Positions 29,380 through 37,350 of a DNA stretch of 42,288 bases are shown in pieces (the stretch's first letter is position 1; each line of letters starts with the position of its first letter). Origin of the DNA: a virus (lineage: Duplodnaviria; Caudoviricetes); IMG/VR virus record IMGVR_UViG_3300046707_000144, positions 1-42,288 of that record; one strand, written 5' to 3'. The notes below the pieces were generated by a model. It searched no databases. It had not been told where the DNA came from and saw nothing but the letters and a program-made list of their open reading frames with translations. Position numbers and translations under genes: made by a program.

Positions 29380-30835
29380 GGCGTTCCTCTTTAGGGGCTG
29401 GGTTTCGGCGCGGCTGCACGTTGCGCCACAGGTAGATAAGCGCCGCGATCGCGTCGAAATGACCGAGCGCGCCGCCTTCCCATGCGAACTGTTTACGCGC
29501 CTCGTTTTTCCAGACTCCGTTTTTCAGGTGCTGGACAAGGATTCTGCAGCGCGGGTGAATCTGGATTTTTTTCTGCTGAATCGCGATGCGTAGACCGTTC
29601 ACTTGCTGGTTGAATTCGTCCTTTTGCGTCGCGATAAAGGGGAGCTGGTGTTGCGTGGACAGGTCATAGAGCAGGCGCGGATCGTTGTCGGATACGCGCA
29701 AAAATGGTTGTGGCCGCAGCGTATGATCGGGGCCGCGACGCTGAGACTTCGACCAAAGTACGGTTTCTTTGATCTTCACCGCGGCTGCGACGTCATGGCT
29801 ATTAAGCCGCGGCGCGACCACTTCATCCTCGACCACAAGCACCTGACGATCGAAATCCCAGTACCCGAACAGAACCGCGGTCATATCTTTCCAACCGGGG
29901 TCCATCGCCACATAGCAGTCACGCCAAGTCGGAATCTTCTCGGGTGCGCGGACGATTTCCTTTTCCACGTCCCGAAACTCGGGGACGATGGCCATGGTTT
30001 CGTCTGTTACGTGTTCACAGAAGTATTCGCGTCTGCACGTTACGGATTTCCGCCCGTGCGCAAGCCTGATAAATTCTTCGATCTCGTCCCAGTCGTATTG
30101 ATCGGCTTCTTCGATCGTCCGGATTGCGTGCGCGTTGGTTTTCACCGCGTCGGGAACGAATGCCAACGACCAGTGGTGCGCGGGCGAAATGGGGGGCGTG
30201 GAAGCGCCCACAATGCGCCCATGCTTGCGCCCCAACATTTGCGGGGTGATCACGCTGAGAATGAGGTAATCCAGGTTGTCGAAAAACCCGGCTTCATCCA
30301 GCAAGACCAGATCAACACCCGTCCCGCGCGCGCCGTCCGGGTTGATGTCCAGGCCGATCAGTTCAATCCAAGATCCGGTGTGAAAGCGAAAGGTACCTTC
30401 GGACTTGTGCCAGATTGGACGAATCGCGGGCGGACAGTCCTGGAGCAACTGTTCCATAAGCGGCAACAAGATCTTGCGGACCATGTTGTACATCGGGGCG
30501 CAATAGACGATGCGCCAACCGCTGTGCTGCAAAGCGGCCTGGACTGCGATCGTGCAGCAAAGCAGACTCTTGCCCCACCGGCGCGCGATATCGAATGCGA
30601 ATTGTCGACCCACGCGCGCGGGGCTTTGGTCCCAGTCTCGAAACTGTCTGTATGCCGCTTGCTGGCTCGGGGTGAGGTGGTGAATGATCTCCCCTCGCGA
30701 CCACACGCGCTGTAAGACTGCGCGCCGCCGCATGTCGCAGGCCTGCCAGGGCAACACAGGCGATTCCCATTTGGCGCGTCCAGGGATCACGCCAGGGGTG
30801 AGCGCTAGCCCCTGCATTGCCTCCGCGGGGTTCAA
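29276..30835 (-). CDS. terL: Terminase large subunit
   Basis: RRWGKS Walker A, VLLDEAG Walker B, ASTP, AMDPG nuclease motif, GHFD. Confidence 0.93.
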   Translation of the reverse strand: MNPAEAMQGLALTPGVIPGRAKWESPVLPWQACDMRRRAVLQRVWSRGEIIHHLTPSQQAAYRQFRDWDQSPARVGRQFAFDIARRWGKSLLCCTIAVQAALQHSGWRIVYCAPMYNMVRKILLPLMEQLLQDCPPAIRPIWHKSEGTFRFHTGSWIELIGLDINPDGARGTGVDLVLLDEAGFFDNLDYLILSVITPQMLGRKHGRIVGASTPPISPAHHWSLAFVPDAVKTNAHAIRTIEEADQYDWDEIEEFIRLAHGRKSVTCRREYFCEHVTDETMAIVPEFRDVEKEIVRAPEKIPTWRDCYVAMDPGWKDMTAVLFGYWDFDRQVLVVEDEVVAPRLNSHDVAAAVKIKETVLWSKSQRRGPDHTLRPQPFLRVSDNDPRLLYDLSTQHQLPFIATQKDEFNQQVNGLRIAIQQKKIQIHPRCRILVQHLKNGVWKNEARKQFAWEGGALGHFDAIAALIYLWRNVQPRRNPAPKEERHVISTRSENLSGHSESSVKRYSKWTRRGLRYFVR

Positions 30836-31311
30836 GAGAGCACCCCATCGGGATTTGGGATCTTCATCCCAAGCTCACGTAGATCGTCCAGGGGTGACGA
30901 TGCCAACACCGGGGGCGCGGTCCCGGTCCCGTTGCTCGCGTTGGCTACCGCGGATTCGAGCAAGTCCTTATGCCGGTCCAAAAGCTGAACGATTTTTTCA
31001 ATCGCGTTGTTCGACGCGTTGAATTGTTCCGCCTTGCGCGCCTCGATCGCGTTGACTTTGAGTTGCTCGCAACACCACGCATAGCTGGTGTTGCTGAGTT
31101 GCTCGATTCCCTTCCGCAGCTCCGCGATCCGCGCCTTGATCTCGGGATACCCCTCGAACGCGCGCGCTTTGAGCAACGTGAGCCCCGCGAACGCGCCGGC
31201 TTCTTTAATGGGTTGCTCGCGGGCCCGCGCTCGGCAGTAATCCTCCGCTTGACGATCCGAAAATGGCTCGCCCGGGCTACGTCCGAAGGGAACGCGGTTG
31301 CTTCCGGCCAC
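30832..31311 (-). CDS. terS: Terminase small subunit
   Basis: Directly upstream of terL; HTH-like N-terminus, PEIKARIAEL and oligomerisation helices. Confidence 0.75.
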   Translation of the reverse strand: MAGSNRVPFGRSPGEPFSDRQAEDYCRARAREQPIKEAGAFAGLTLLKARAFEGYPEIKARIAELRKGIEQLSNTSYAWCCEQLKVNAIEARKAEQFNASNNAIEKIVQLLDRHKDLLESAVANASNGTGTAPPVLASSPLDDLRELGMKIPNPDGVLS

Positions 31312-31350
31312 AATGGGCCAGACAATGGCTCCAAATGGCCAGACGTACAA
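31298..31350. promoter_or_regulatory. Overlapping divergent promoters between terS and an XRE gene
   Basis: + strand TTGCTT-17-GACAAT; - strand TTGTAC-17-CATTGT; three AATGG repeats. Confidence 0.5.
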
Positions 31351-31787
31351 GGATTGATAGGGACACGCGGGAACTACGGGCCGCGATCTCGAGTAGGTTG
31401 CGGGAAGCGCGGGAGTTTTCCGGGCTCACGATGCGCGACATGGCCGCAATCCTCGGCATTACATGGGGACGGGTCGCCCATTTCGAGACGGGACGTGATA
31501 TTCCTCGCCTGGATCACGTACTGCGGTGGGTGGTCGCATGTGACCTAGATCCGTCATGGCTGCTCTTGCCGTTCGACAAGCTAAAGGGGCAGATCGCGGC
31601 GGGTTTAGCGGAGGAGGCGGAACGTGAGCAGGCCAGACGCGACCAAGCTGGACAAGGTGGGGCAACGGGTGAAGTACGCGCGGCTTTGCCGGGAAATCAC
31701 GGTGCCTGTGCTCGTGAAGTACCGGAACAGTTGGGCGCCAGCGAGCTGGCAGCCAACCGACGCGATCCAGGCGCTACACGATCGTGA
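31335..31787 (+). CDS. XRE-family HTH regulator
   Basis: RLREAREFSGLTMRDMAAILGITWGRVAHFETGRDIP...DPSWLL. Confidence 0.85.
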   Translation: MARRTRIDRDTRELRAAISSRLREAREFSGLTMRDMAAILGITWGRVAHFETGRDIPRLDHVLRWVVACDLDPSWLLLPFDKLKGQIAAGLAEEAEREQARRDQAGQGGATGEVRAALPGNHGACAREVPEQLGASELAANRRDPGATRS

Positions 31788-32010
31788 ATCGAGCAAGGCC
31801 CCGTATGCGATCGATCTGCTGAACGCGATCGCCGATGTCCTGGACGTACCGCGCGCGTGGCTCCGTGGGGACGTGTCCCCATACCCGCCACCGATCCAGC
31901 CGCTCACGGAAATTGAACGGTTCATGCAGGACGGGAACTTGCGGCGGTACGGGGAGCGCTTCATCCAAAGTCACTGGCGCGGCGCGGCGCATGGGGGGAT
32001 TCGTGTCTAG
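31624..32010 (+). CDS. Diverged XRE-like protein
   Basis: GGAGG RBS; VGQRVKYARL...LNAIADVLDVPRAWL. Confidence 0.65.
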   Translation: MSRPDATKLDKVGQRVKYARLCREITVPVLVKYRNSWAPASWQPTDAIQALHDRESSKAPYAIDLLNAIADVLDVPRAWLRGDVSPYPPPIQPLTEIERFMQDGNLRRYGERFIQSHWRGAAHGGIRV

Positions 32011-32242
32011 CCCGCGAGGGAAGCGCGTCTATTTCGTCTGCATGGAGCGTCCCGGTTTGGTTACAGTCCGGCGCGGACATGTCCAGGGTGGCCGGTTCAC
32101 GCGCGAGCCGGTTGCGTCTGTATTTAGCTCGATTTCCGAAGCGCGGGCGTACGGGACGCGGCTTGGTCTGTTTCGTCTGCTCCGGCGCACCGGGGATCCG
32201 CCGTCGCTTGTGGAAACTTGGTGGCGGACGAAATGGTTTTGA
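31991..32242 (+). CDS. Conserved phage hypothetical protein
   Basis: SEAR...GL.R..R..GDPP.LVETW motif. Confidence 0.6.
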   Translation: MGGFVSSPRGKRVYFVCMERPGLVTVRRGHVQGGRFTREPVASVFSSISEARAYGTRLGLFRLLRRTGDPPSLVETWWRTKWF

Positions 32243-32258
32243 CCGGGTGTCCGTGGTG

Positions 32259-32362
32259 GCATAGGGTCGGCCGACAGCACCCGCGGGCAAGAGTCCGCAT
32301 GCATCCCCCGAGAATTGTAGACGCGCGCGGGTGCTGTTTCGAATTCCCCTGGATCCCTATGC
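32259..32362. ncRNA. Rod-like structured intergenic element
   Basis: Nested perfect stems GCATAGGG/CCCTATGC and ACAGCACCCGCG/CGCGGGTGCTGT. Confidence 0.4.
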
Positions 32363-32384
32363 ATGTCTGGACTAGGGTCCGCCC

Positions 32385-32834
32385 ATGACCGACTGGGAAG
32401 CGGTGATCCGGGACTGCACGCCGCGCACCGCGTGGACGCGCCACCCGTACCGGATCGACATACCCACCGCGATCATGTTCGGCACGTTCATACGGCAAGA
32501 GCCCCGCCACCCACTGCGCGCGATAGTAACTCTCGATCTCATGGACGAGTGGAATGCGGGAACGTGGCTGCATGTCAGCGTGTCCCGGTCCAACCGCCTT
32601 CCCACGTGGGCGGATCTCGTGCTCACGCGTGAGGAAATGGGCTATGGCGATCGTCTGTTTGTGCAGCTTTTGCCGCCCAAATCGCACTGGCTGAACGTGG
32701 CTGGTTTCTGCCTGCACCTGTTTCACCGCGTCGACGCGGAAACCGTGCCGCGGATCCTGTGGGACCAAGAAGGCTGCGACGGGACTGCGTACCGCAAGCC
32801 CGGGACTCTGGACGGCAAGGGGCAAGTGCGATGA
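32385..32834 (+). CDS. Conserved phage protein (WxHVSVS...PTW...CLHL family)
   Basis: WLHVSVSRSNRLPTW, QLLPP..WLN, CLHLF. Confidence 0.75.
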   Translation: MTDWEAVIRDCTPRTAWTRHPYRIDIPTAIMFGTFIRQEPRHPLRAIVTLDLMDEWNAGTWLHVSVSRSNRLPTWADLVLTREEMGYGDRLFVQLLPPKSHWLNVAGFCLHLFHRVDAETVPRILWDQEGCDGTAYRKPGTLDGKGQVR

Positions 32835-33160
32835 GTGAGATCAAGGATGCGATGCGCGAACTGCAGTCGTGTCCCGGCGCGTACGCGGCACTCAAGATGG
32901 CGGTACGCGCGGCTGGCGTGCGTCCTGAGTTCGGGGATTTGGTCGCTGAGACCACCCTAGCCAACATCCAGTTTATGGCCGCGTCGGGGGTTCCCTTGCG
33001 CGCGATCACGCAAGCCGTGGAGGCTGAGTATGCGCGAGCCCGAATCGACAAGCTCAAACACGAGCGACGCGAACGCGGACTCTCCGATCCGCCAGTGCAC
33101 CCACGTACGGAGGCGGACGCTTCCGGTGTTCGAGACGATTCGGATCGAGACGCTGACTAA
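32831..33160 (+). CDS. Small helical protein, paralog family
   Basis: ATGA coupling; MAASGVPLRAITQAVEAEY. Confidence 0.7.
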   Translation: MSEIKDAMRELQSCPGAYAALKMAVRAAGVRPEFGDLVAETTLANIQFMAASGVPLRAITQAVEAEYARARIDKLKHERRERGLSDPPVHPRTEADASGVRDDSDRDAD

Positions 33161-33241
33161 AACGGTCGTTTGCGATCTGTCGTTTGAGTTGTGCGCGTTC
33201 TGTTCCGGGGAGTTGTTCGGAACACTGGTTAGACAATGCTC

Positions 33242-33314
33242 GGGGGGATCGTCTAAGAGGTAAAGACCCGGGCTCTATATCCCGGTAATGCGGGTTCGAC
33301 GCCCGCTCCCTCCA
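33242..33314 (+). tRNA. Atypical tRNA: Ala identity acceptor stem with 8-nt anticodon loop CUCUAUAU
   Basis: Acceptor GGGGGGA/TCCCTCC plus A73, U8, D arm GTCT-AAGAGGTAA-AGAC, anticodon arm CCGGG-CTCTATAT-CCCGG, variable loop TAAT, T arm GCGGG-TTCGACG-CCCGC, followed by CCG. Confidence 0.85.
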
Positions 33315-33325
33315 CCGGAGGCGAC

Positions 33326-33580
33326 ATGGACTTTCACGAATACGAGGAATCAGTCCAGCGCGGCAAAGACGCGGTGGACGTGTGCATACGCTTTTTTCTC
33401 TGGGCGCGTGTGCACATGCCGAATGTGGATGAAGAAACGATCTCGATCGCGGGACTGCTCATTGCGTCGGAAAGCGCAGTGCTGGCAGGGATTGACGTAG
33501 ACACGTTCGAGCGTGGCGCGTCCCAAAGCTTTGCGCAGGCCAGACGGAGACACAATGAACCCCCCGACATCCCCGCTTGA
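33326..33580 (+). CDS. Small helical protein, paralog family
   Basis: GGAGG RBS; AGLLIASESAVLAGIDVDTFERGASQSF. Confidence 0.75.
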   Translation: MDFHEYEESVQRGKDAVDVCIRFFLWARVHMPNVDEETISIAGLLIASESAVLAGIDVDTFERGASQSFAQARRRHNEPPDIPA

Positions 33581-33782
33581 ACCAGGAGACCTAGTCCAGG
33601 GCAACCCCGATGCGTATCGATGGGGACCGGTGGTGATCGTGGTGCAAGAAGTCAGGCCGTGGGGCGTGAAAGGCTATTTCATCACCCACGACAACGCAGG
33701 CGGGGTTTGTCACGCATACGTGCGCGTGCTGCACGGGGAGTATCAGCGCGTTGGACGCGCGGAATGGTGGGACCGAGAATGA
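33555..33782 (+). CDS. Small beta-barrel (SH3-like) hypothetical protein
   Basis: LEPGDLVQ..P...VVQEVRPWGVKGY. Confidence 0.7.
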   Translation: MNPPTSPLEPGDLVQGNPDAYRWGPVVIVVQEVRPWGVKGYFITHDNAGGVCHAYVRVLHGEYQRVGRAEWWDRE

Positions 33783-34060
33783 AGGACGAAAAGCCAGACA
33801 TCGCAGGTGAAGCCATGGAACAAGCCGGGCAAGAGATTGCCGCGTTGCTGTTCCCATACTTTGCGGCGCGCGCATCTTTTGGTGGCCAAGTAGCAGCGGC
33901 TACGGGTGCGCTTTTGGTTGCGACGGGGGCCATGAAAGCGTCCCGTTGTTCGCGGGAAATGTTCCTCTCTATTGCCGGCAAGCTTTGGGATAAAACCGTA
34001 ATCATCACCCCCGAGCAAGCGCTTACCCTGATGGCTGACCGTGGGGAGAAGCAATGCTAA
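33779..34060 (+). CDS. Small helical protein, paralog family
   Basis: ATGA coupling; TGALLVATGAMKASRCSREMFLSIAGKLW. Confidence 0.75.
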   Translation: MKDEKPDIAGEAMEQAGQEIAALLFPYFAARASFGGQVAAATGALLVATGAMKASRCSREMFLSIAGKLWDKTVIITPEQALTLMADRGEKQC

Positions 34061-34320
34061 CCGATCAAGAGATCCAAGCCATGGTGCGCGCCTGCTCGCC
34101 CATGGCGGGAAGGCTCGGGACCGCATGCTTGCCGATCGTCAGAGAGACGGGCGGGGACAAGGATCACGGGTTGCGGTGCGCACTCGGGTTCATCTTGCTC
34201 GGGATCGCTTTCTGCAAGACTGCCCGCGTCTCGCGGGGCGCACTCTTGCAGATTGTGGGTGAAGTTTTCGATCACTCCATGGTGATCGAAAATAAACCCG
34301 GATCCGTCACGGATAGCTGA
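34054..34320 (+). CDS. Small helical protein, paralog family
   Basis: GGGGAG RBS; LGFILLGIAFCKTARVSRGALLQIVGEVF. Confidence 0.75.
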   Translation: MLTDQEIQAMVRACSPMAGRLGTACLPIVRETGGDKDHGLRCALGFILLGIAFCKTARVSRGALLQIVGEVFDHSMVIENKPGSVTDS

Positions 34321-34919
34321 TGGAGCCTCGCAAACGCAGGCACCTGGCCATGGCGCAACGCGCGATCCGCGCGTTTGACTGGTACACGGACGTAGTGGCG
34401 AAAGAACCCCCGCCAACGCCCGCGGTACAGTGCAAGCGCGGGTGTTCTGCATGCTGCTACCAGTTCACGGGTGTGTTGCTCCCGGAAGCCATCGCGATCG
34501 TGGTGCGCCACCGCGCGGTTGTGGATAGCGTGCAATCTAAAATGGCGGCTGATACGTGGCACCTCGGGAAAATCTTTAAGTCGCTCGGGTACGATGAGAC
34601 TACCCCCGCGATTGACCTGGATGAGGAACAGCGCAACGCGATTGCGAATGCGTGGTGGAAGCTTCGCCGTCCTTGCCCCTTTCTGGATGAGGAAAAGGGC
34701 GAATGCAGGGTTTACGATTCGCGGCCCATTGCGTGTCGCAGCTACCACGTGATCTCAGACCCCGAGTTGTGCGGCGCCGCGGAACCCACGGAAGTAACCG
34801 CGTGGCGACCCAAGGTGATCGAAGCGACGGCGAAGATTATCGAAGCGCAAGGCGGGGGCATGATCACGTCCGGCGCGATGGCGGAAATCGTTCTGTACGC
34901 ACTGCGGGAGATGAAGTGA
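34320..34919 (+). CDS. YkgJ-family (CxxCxxCC) Zn/Fe cysteine-cluster protein
   Basis: CKRGCSACC, CPFLD, GECRVYDSRPIACRSY. Confidence 0.9.
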   Translation: MEPRKRRHLAMAQRAIRAFDWYTDVVAKEPPPTPAVQCKRGCSACCYQFTGVLLPEAIAIVVRHRAVVDSVQSKMAADTWHLGKIFKSLGYDETTPAIDLDEEQRNAIANAWWKLRRPCPFLDEEKGECRVYDSRPIACRSYHVISDPELCGAAEPTEVTAWRPKVIEATAKIIEAQGGGMITSGAMAEIVLYALREMK

Positions 34920-35203
34920 TGAGCACAGAAGAGCAAGCCCGCGCAGCACTATCCAAGGGGATAGACGTAATCCTGAAAGATCTCTCCACGGGGCGCGAGC
35001 TACGCCGCGAGATTGCCCGCGCAGTGATTGCGGCCGATGAGATCGGGGACCGAGTGGCCTGTGTCAATCTACTCGCGTGCGCCGCCGCATGCGCCGTGGG
35101 AAACAGTATTCCGCTGGCTACGTTTCGAGTTATGGCCGCGTCGGTATTCGCACTCACGGAGCAAGTGATGATAATGGACGCGGCCAAAGGGGAGAAGAAA
35201 TGA
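34919..35203 (+). CDS. Small helical protein, paralog family
   Basis: TGATG coupling; VNLLACAAACAVGNSIPLATFRVMAASVF. Confidence 0.75.
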   Translation: MSTEEQARAALSKGIDVILKDLSTGRELRREIARAVIAADEIGDRVACVNLLACAAACAVGNSIPLATFRVMAASVFALTEQVMIMDAAKGEKK

Positions 35204-35487
35204 GAACTTGGCCAGTACACGGAACCGCGCTTTGTCTCGCGGTGATGGGACTCTGCGCCACCGCAGATCGTTGGGCGCTTATGCAGCACTACCCCGGAGG
35301 CGATTTCTCCGTGTGGATTCTCGGGGCGATGTACACCATGTTCGTGGGACTGGCGTACGTCCGGGACCTTACGCAGGTGCAGGCAATCCAAGCGGCGAAA
35401 GAAACGATCCAGCACTACGAGCAGACCGTGGACGCGTATCAGAAATATATTCTGGAACTAAAACATAAATGCTCGTCAGAGTCTTAG
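35200..35487 (+). CDS. Membrane protein (2 TM plus coiled coil)
   Basis: ATGA coupling; two hydrophobic segments. Confidence 0.65.
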   Translation: MRTWPVHGTALCLAVMGLCATADRWALMQHYPGGDFSVWILGAMYTMFVGLAYVRDLTQVQAIQAAKETIQHYEQTVDAYQKYILELKHKCSSES

Positions 35488-35651
35488 CGCCCACGTTTAC
35501 CGCGGGTGTTGTTGTTGAGTTTGGGTGGGTAGTCCATACCGCACCCATTTTGCGCTGGGCGCGCGGTCGCACTTGGGAATGGTTCCGAGAAAAGACCTAC
35601 GCGCGTGGATGGAAGCTGGAATTTTATGACGACGACGACAAACCCACCTGA
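35469..35651 (+). CDS. Conserved small phage protein
   Basis: RVLAPTFTAG...TAPILRW..G...RGW. Confidence 0.65.
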   Translation: MLVRVLAPTFTAGVVVEFGWVVHTAPILRWARGRTWEWFREKTYARGWKLEFYDDDDKPT

Positions 35652-35847
35652 GGAAATAAAGCAATGGGCGCGCACGATATCCAAGATGTTCCCGCCCGGA
35701 GTGAATTGGGTAATCGCGATCGCTCCGCAAGATCCGGAGATGGCTCTCACCCCGCTGGTTCTATCGAACCTAACAAGCCACGCGGAGGTGCAGGCGCTAT
35801 TGACTGTTTCCGCGGACAGATCTCGCGCCGAAGCGATCGAAATCTAA
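35626..35847 (+). CDS. Hypothetical protein
   Basis: Operon packing; globular alpha/beta pattern. Confidence 0.6.
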   Translation: MTTTTNPPEEIKQWARTISKMFPPGVNWVIAIAPQDPEMALTPLVLSNLTSHAEVQALLTVSADRSRAEAIEI

Positions 35848-36230
35848 TCGTCGGGATCACCGCTTCCCGCGAGGGACACCCGTTGATTGAGCAGTGGATG
35901 CTGCGCTTTGCGCAAAAGCACGGGACGCCGGACCTTTGGGTACTGGGCGGCGCAATTGGCGGTGACAGACAAGCGGAGGTGATGTGCCTTGACCGGCATT
36001 GGCCGCACGCGGTGCTGTATCCGCTTTATGCGCGGTACGGGCGTGTGGAAGCCCCCAAGCGCCGCAACCTGGACATGGTCGAGATGGTAGCTACCAGCGC
36101 GCGGGGGACGTTCCTCGCGTTCCCCCAACCCAACTCGCGGGGCACGTACCACTGTATGACCGCGGCAACGCATATGCGGGTGCGGCTGTTCGCTGCGCTG
36201 CCAACCCTTGCACCTGGCTGGCGACCATGA
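35844..36230 (+). CDS. SLOG-family (YspA-related/DUF2493-like) protein, start codon unclear
   Basis: IVGITASR, GGAIGGD, YG..AP.RRN.DM, LAFP...SRGT..C motifs. Confidence 0.8.
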   Translation, partial: LIVGITASREGHPLIEQWMLRFAQKHGTPDLWVLGGAIGGDRQAEVMCLDRHWPHAVLYPLYARYGRVEAPKRRNLDMVEMVATSARGTFLAFPQPNSRGTYHCMTAATHMRVRLFAALPTLAPGWRP

Positions 36231-36313
36231 GTGACGACATGCAATGGCTGTACATCGCGCTTGGGATTGCGCTTGGGTGTTGGCTGATATTCGGCCCGCG
36301 AAAGGGGGAGTAG
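36227..36313 (+). CDS. 28-aa membrane peptide
   Basis: MSDDMQWLYIALGIALGCWLIFGPRKGE; ATGA coupling. Confidence 0.55.
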   Translation: MSDDMQWLYIALGIALGCWLIFGPRKGE

Positions 36314-36553
36314 GTGACCAAGCCCGTCTTGCGGCTTGAGGTGACGTTCACCACCGCGCAGCGCAGCGACGGGAAGTGGATCGCGCTCGCCATGTGCAAC
36401 AACGGAATGCGCGCCAAGAGTCCGCCATTCAAGACCCGAGCGCAGGCCAAGACAGAATGCGATCGCATGCTCGCTGCGATGAAAGAACAGTTGCCCCGCG
36501 AGATGGCGCCGCTTGGCTTTGACGTGGAGATCGTCCGCGTCGGGAAAGCCTAG
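36314..36553 (+). CDS. Hypothetical protein
   Basis: GGGGAG RBS; FKTRAQAK motif. Confidence 0.65.
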   Translation: MTKPVLRLEVTFTTAQRSDGKWIALAMCNNGMRAKSPPFKTRAQAKTECDRMLAAMKEQLPREMAPLGFDVEIVRVGKA

Positions 36554-36685
36554 CGCCCCACCGTGCGCCCGGGGGTGAGGCAACCCGGGGAAAGTCGCCC
36601 GTGGCTCCGGCAGACCAGCGGAGCGGGCGACTGCGCAGGCAGACTCTAGCTCCGTGTCTCGTAGGAGTGCCAGCGCTTCCCGTAG

Positions 36686-36859
36686 CTAACCCCGCGCCGC
36701 GCGGGCTAGCAGGCGAACGATGAGCAGACTGCACCTGCGACAAAGCTCTAGCGAGCCATCGCGCATGCACCCGGGCCCGGCGCATCCAGCAAGCGCCAGC
36801 GTTTGCGCATCGTCCAGGTAAGCCCTGCGTTCCCCCGCGCGCAGCACGGCTAGCGCCAT
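36686..36859 (-). CDS. 57-aa Cys4 (Zn-finger-like) protein (not in ORF track)
   Basis: MALAVLRAGERRAYLDDAQTLALAGCAGPGCMRDGSLELCRRCSLLIVRLLARAARG; start overlaps the upstream stop. Confidence 0.45.
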   Translation of the reverse strand: MALAVLRAGERRAYLDDAQTLALAGCAGPGCMRDGSLELCRRCSLLIVRLLARAARG

Positions 36860-37110
36860 TCAGGCCACACCCTAGCGCCCCGCGCGTGGATCCTGCGGTG
36901 TCCCGCCTGATCTTCGGGCGTGAGTACCAAATACTCCCACGCTTCGACATCCGTAGCGAACGGGCCCATGCGTGCGATCTCATCGCTCGCAGCGAACCAG
37001 ACCCGTTCAAACGCAATCGCGGTTACTGGCGCGGGCGGATCCATGCGGAACCGGCGCGAGCAAGCCAGCTTGTGCACTCTCCGCATGCCGCACTCTGGAC
37101 ACCGGCTCAT
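36850..37110 (-). CDS. Hypothetical protein with N-terminal CxxC-H-C Zn finger
   Basis: MSRCPECGMRRVHKLACS; ATGA coupling. Confidence 0.65.
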   Translation of the reverse strand: MSRCPECGMRRVHKLACSRRFRMDPPAPVTAIAFERVWFAASDEIARMGPFATDVEAWEYLVLTPEDQAGHRRIHARGARVWPEWR

Positions 37111-37349
37111 TGGACAGGCTTGCTCCGGTGCCACTCGCACGCGAGATCGTAAAACTCCCCGCACATGCGAATGAAGTCTTCGCGGGGCATGGCGGGCGCG
37201 GTGGTCTCCGCAGCGAAGTAGACCGCGCCTAGCGCCGCCTCCGCTTGGGAAAGGCCCGCGAGGAGGGCGATTCGGGTGGCCAGCTCGTGAATCGTGCGTG
37301 CGAAATGGAGCGCGCGGTCAGGCTGGCCGTTGTCATCGTCGGCGGCCAT
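37107..37349 (-). CDS. Small helical protein, paralog family
   Basis: ALGAVYFAAETTAPAMPREDFIRMCGEFY. Confidence 0.7.
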   Translation of the reverse strand: MAADDDNGQPDRALHFARTIHELATRIALLAGLSQAEAALGAVYFAAETTAPAMPREDFIRMCGEFYDLACEWHRSKPVQ

Positions 37350-37350
37350 C

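Noticed and set aside
33030-33263. 77-aa ORF upstream of and overlapping the tRNA
   Set aside because: Overlaps both the upstream gene and the tRNA; no convincing start signal
33242-33314. tRNA-Pyl, tRNA-Sec or tmRNA
   Set aside because: It has canonical GG and TTC motifs, two bases between acceptor and D stem, a short variable loop and no tag reading frame; no pyl or sel genes are present
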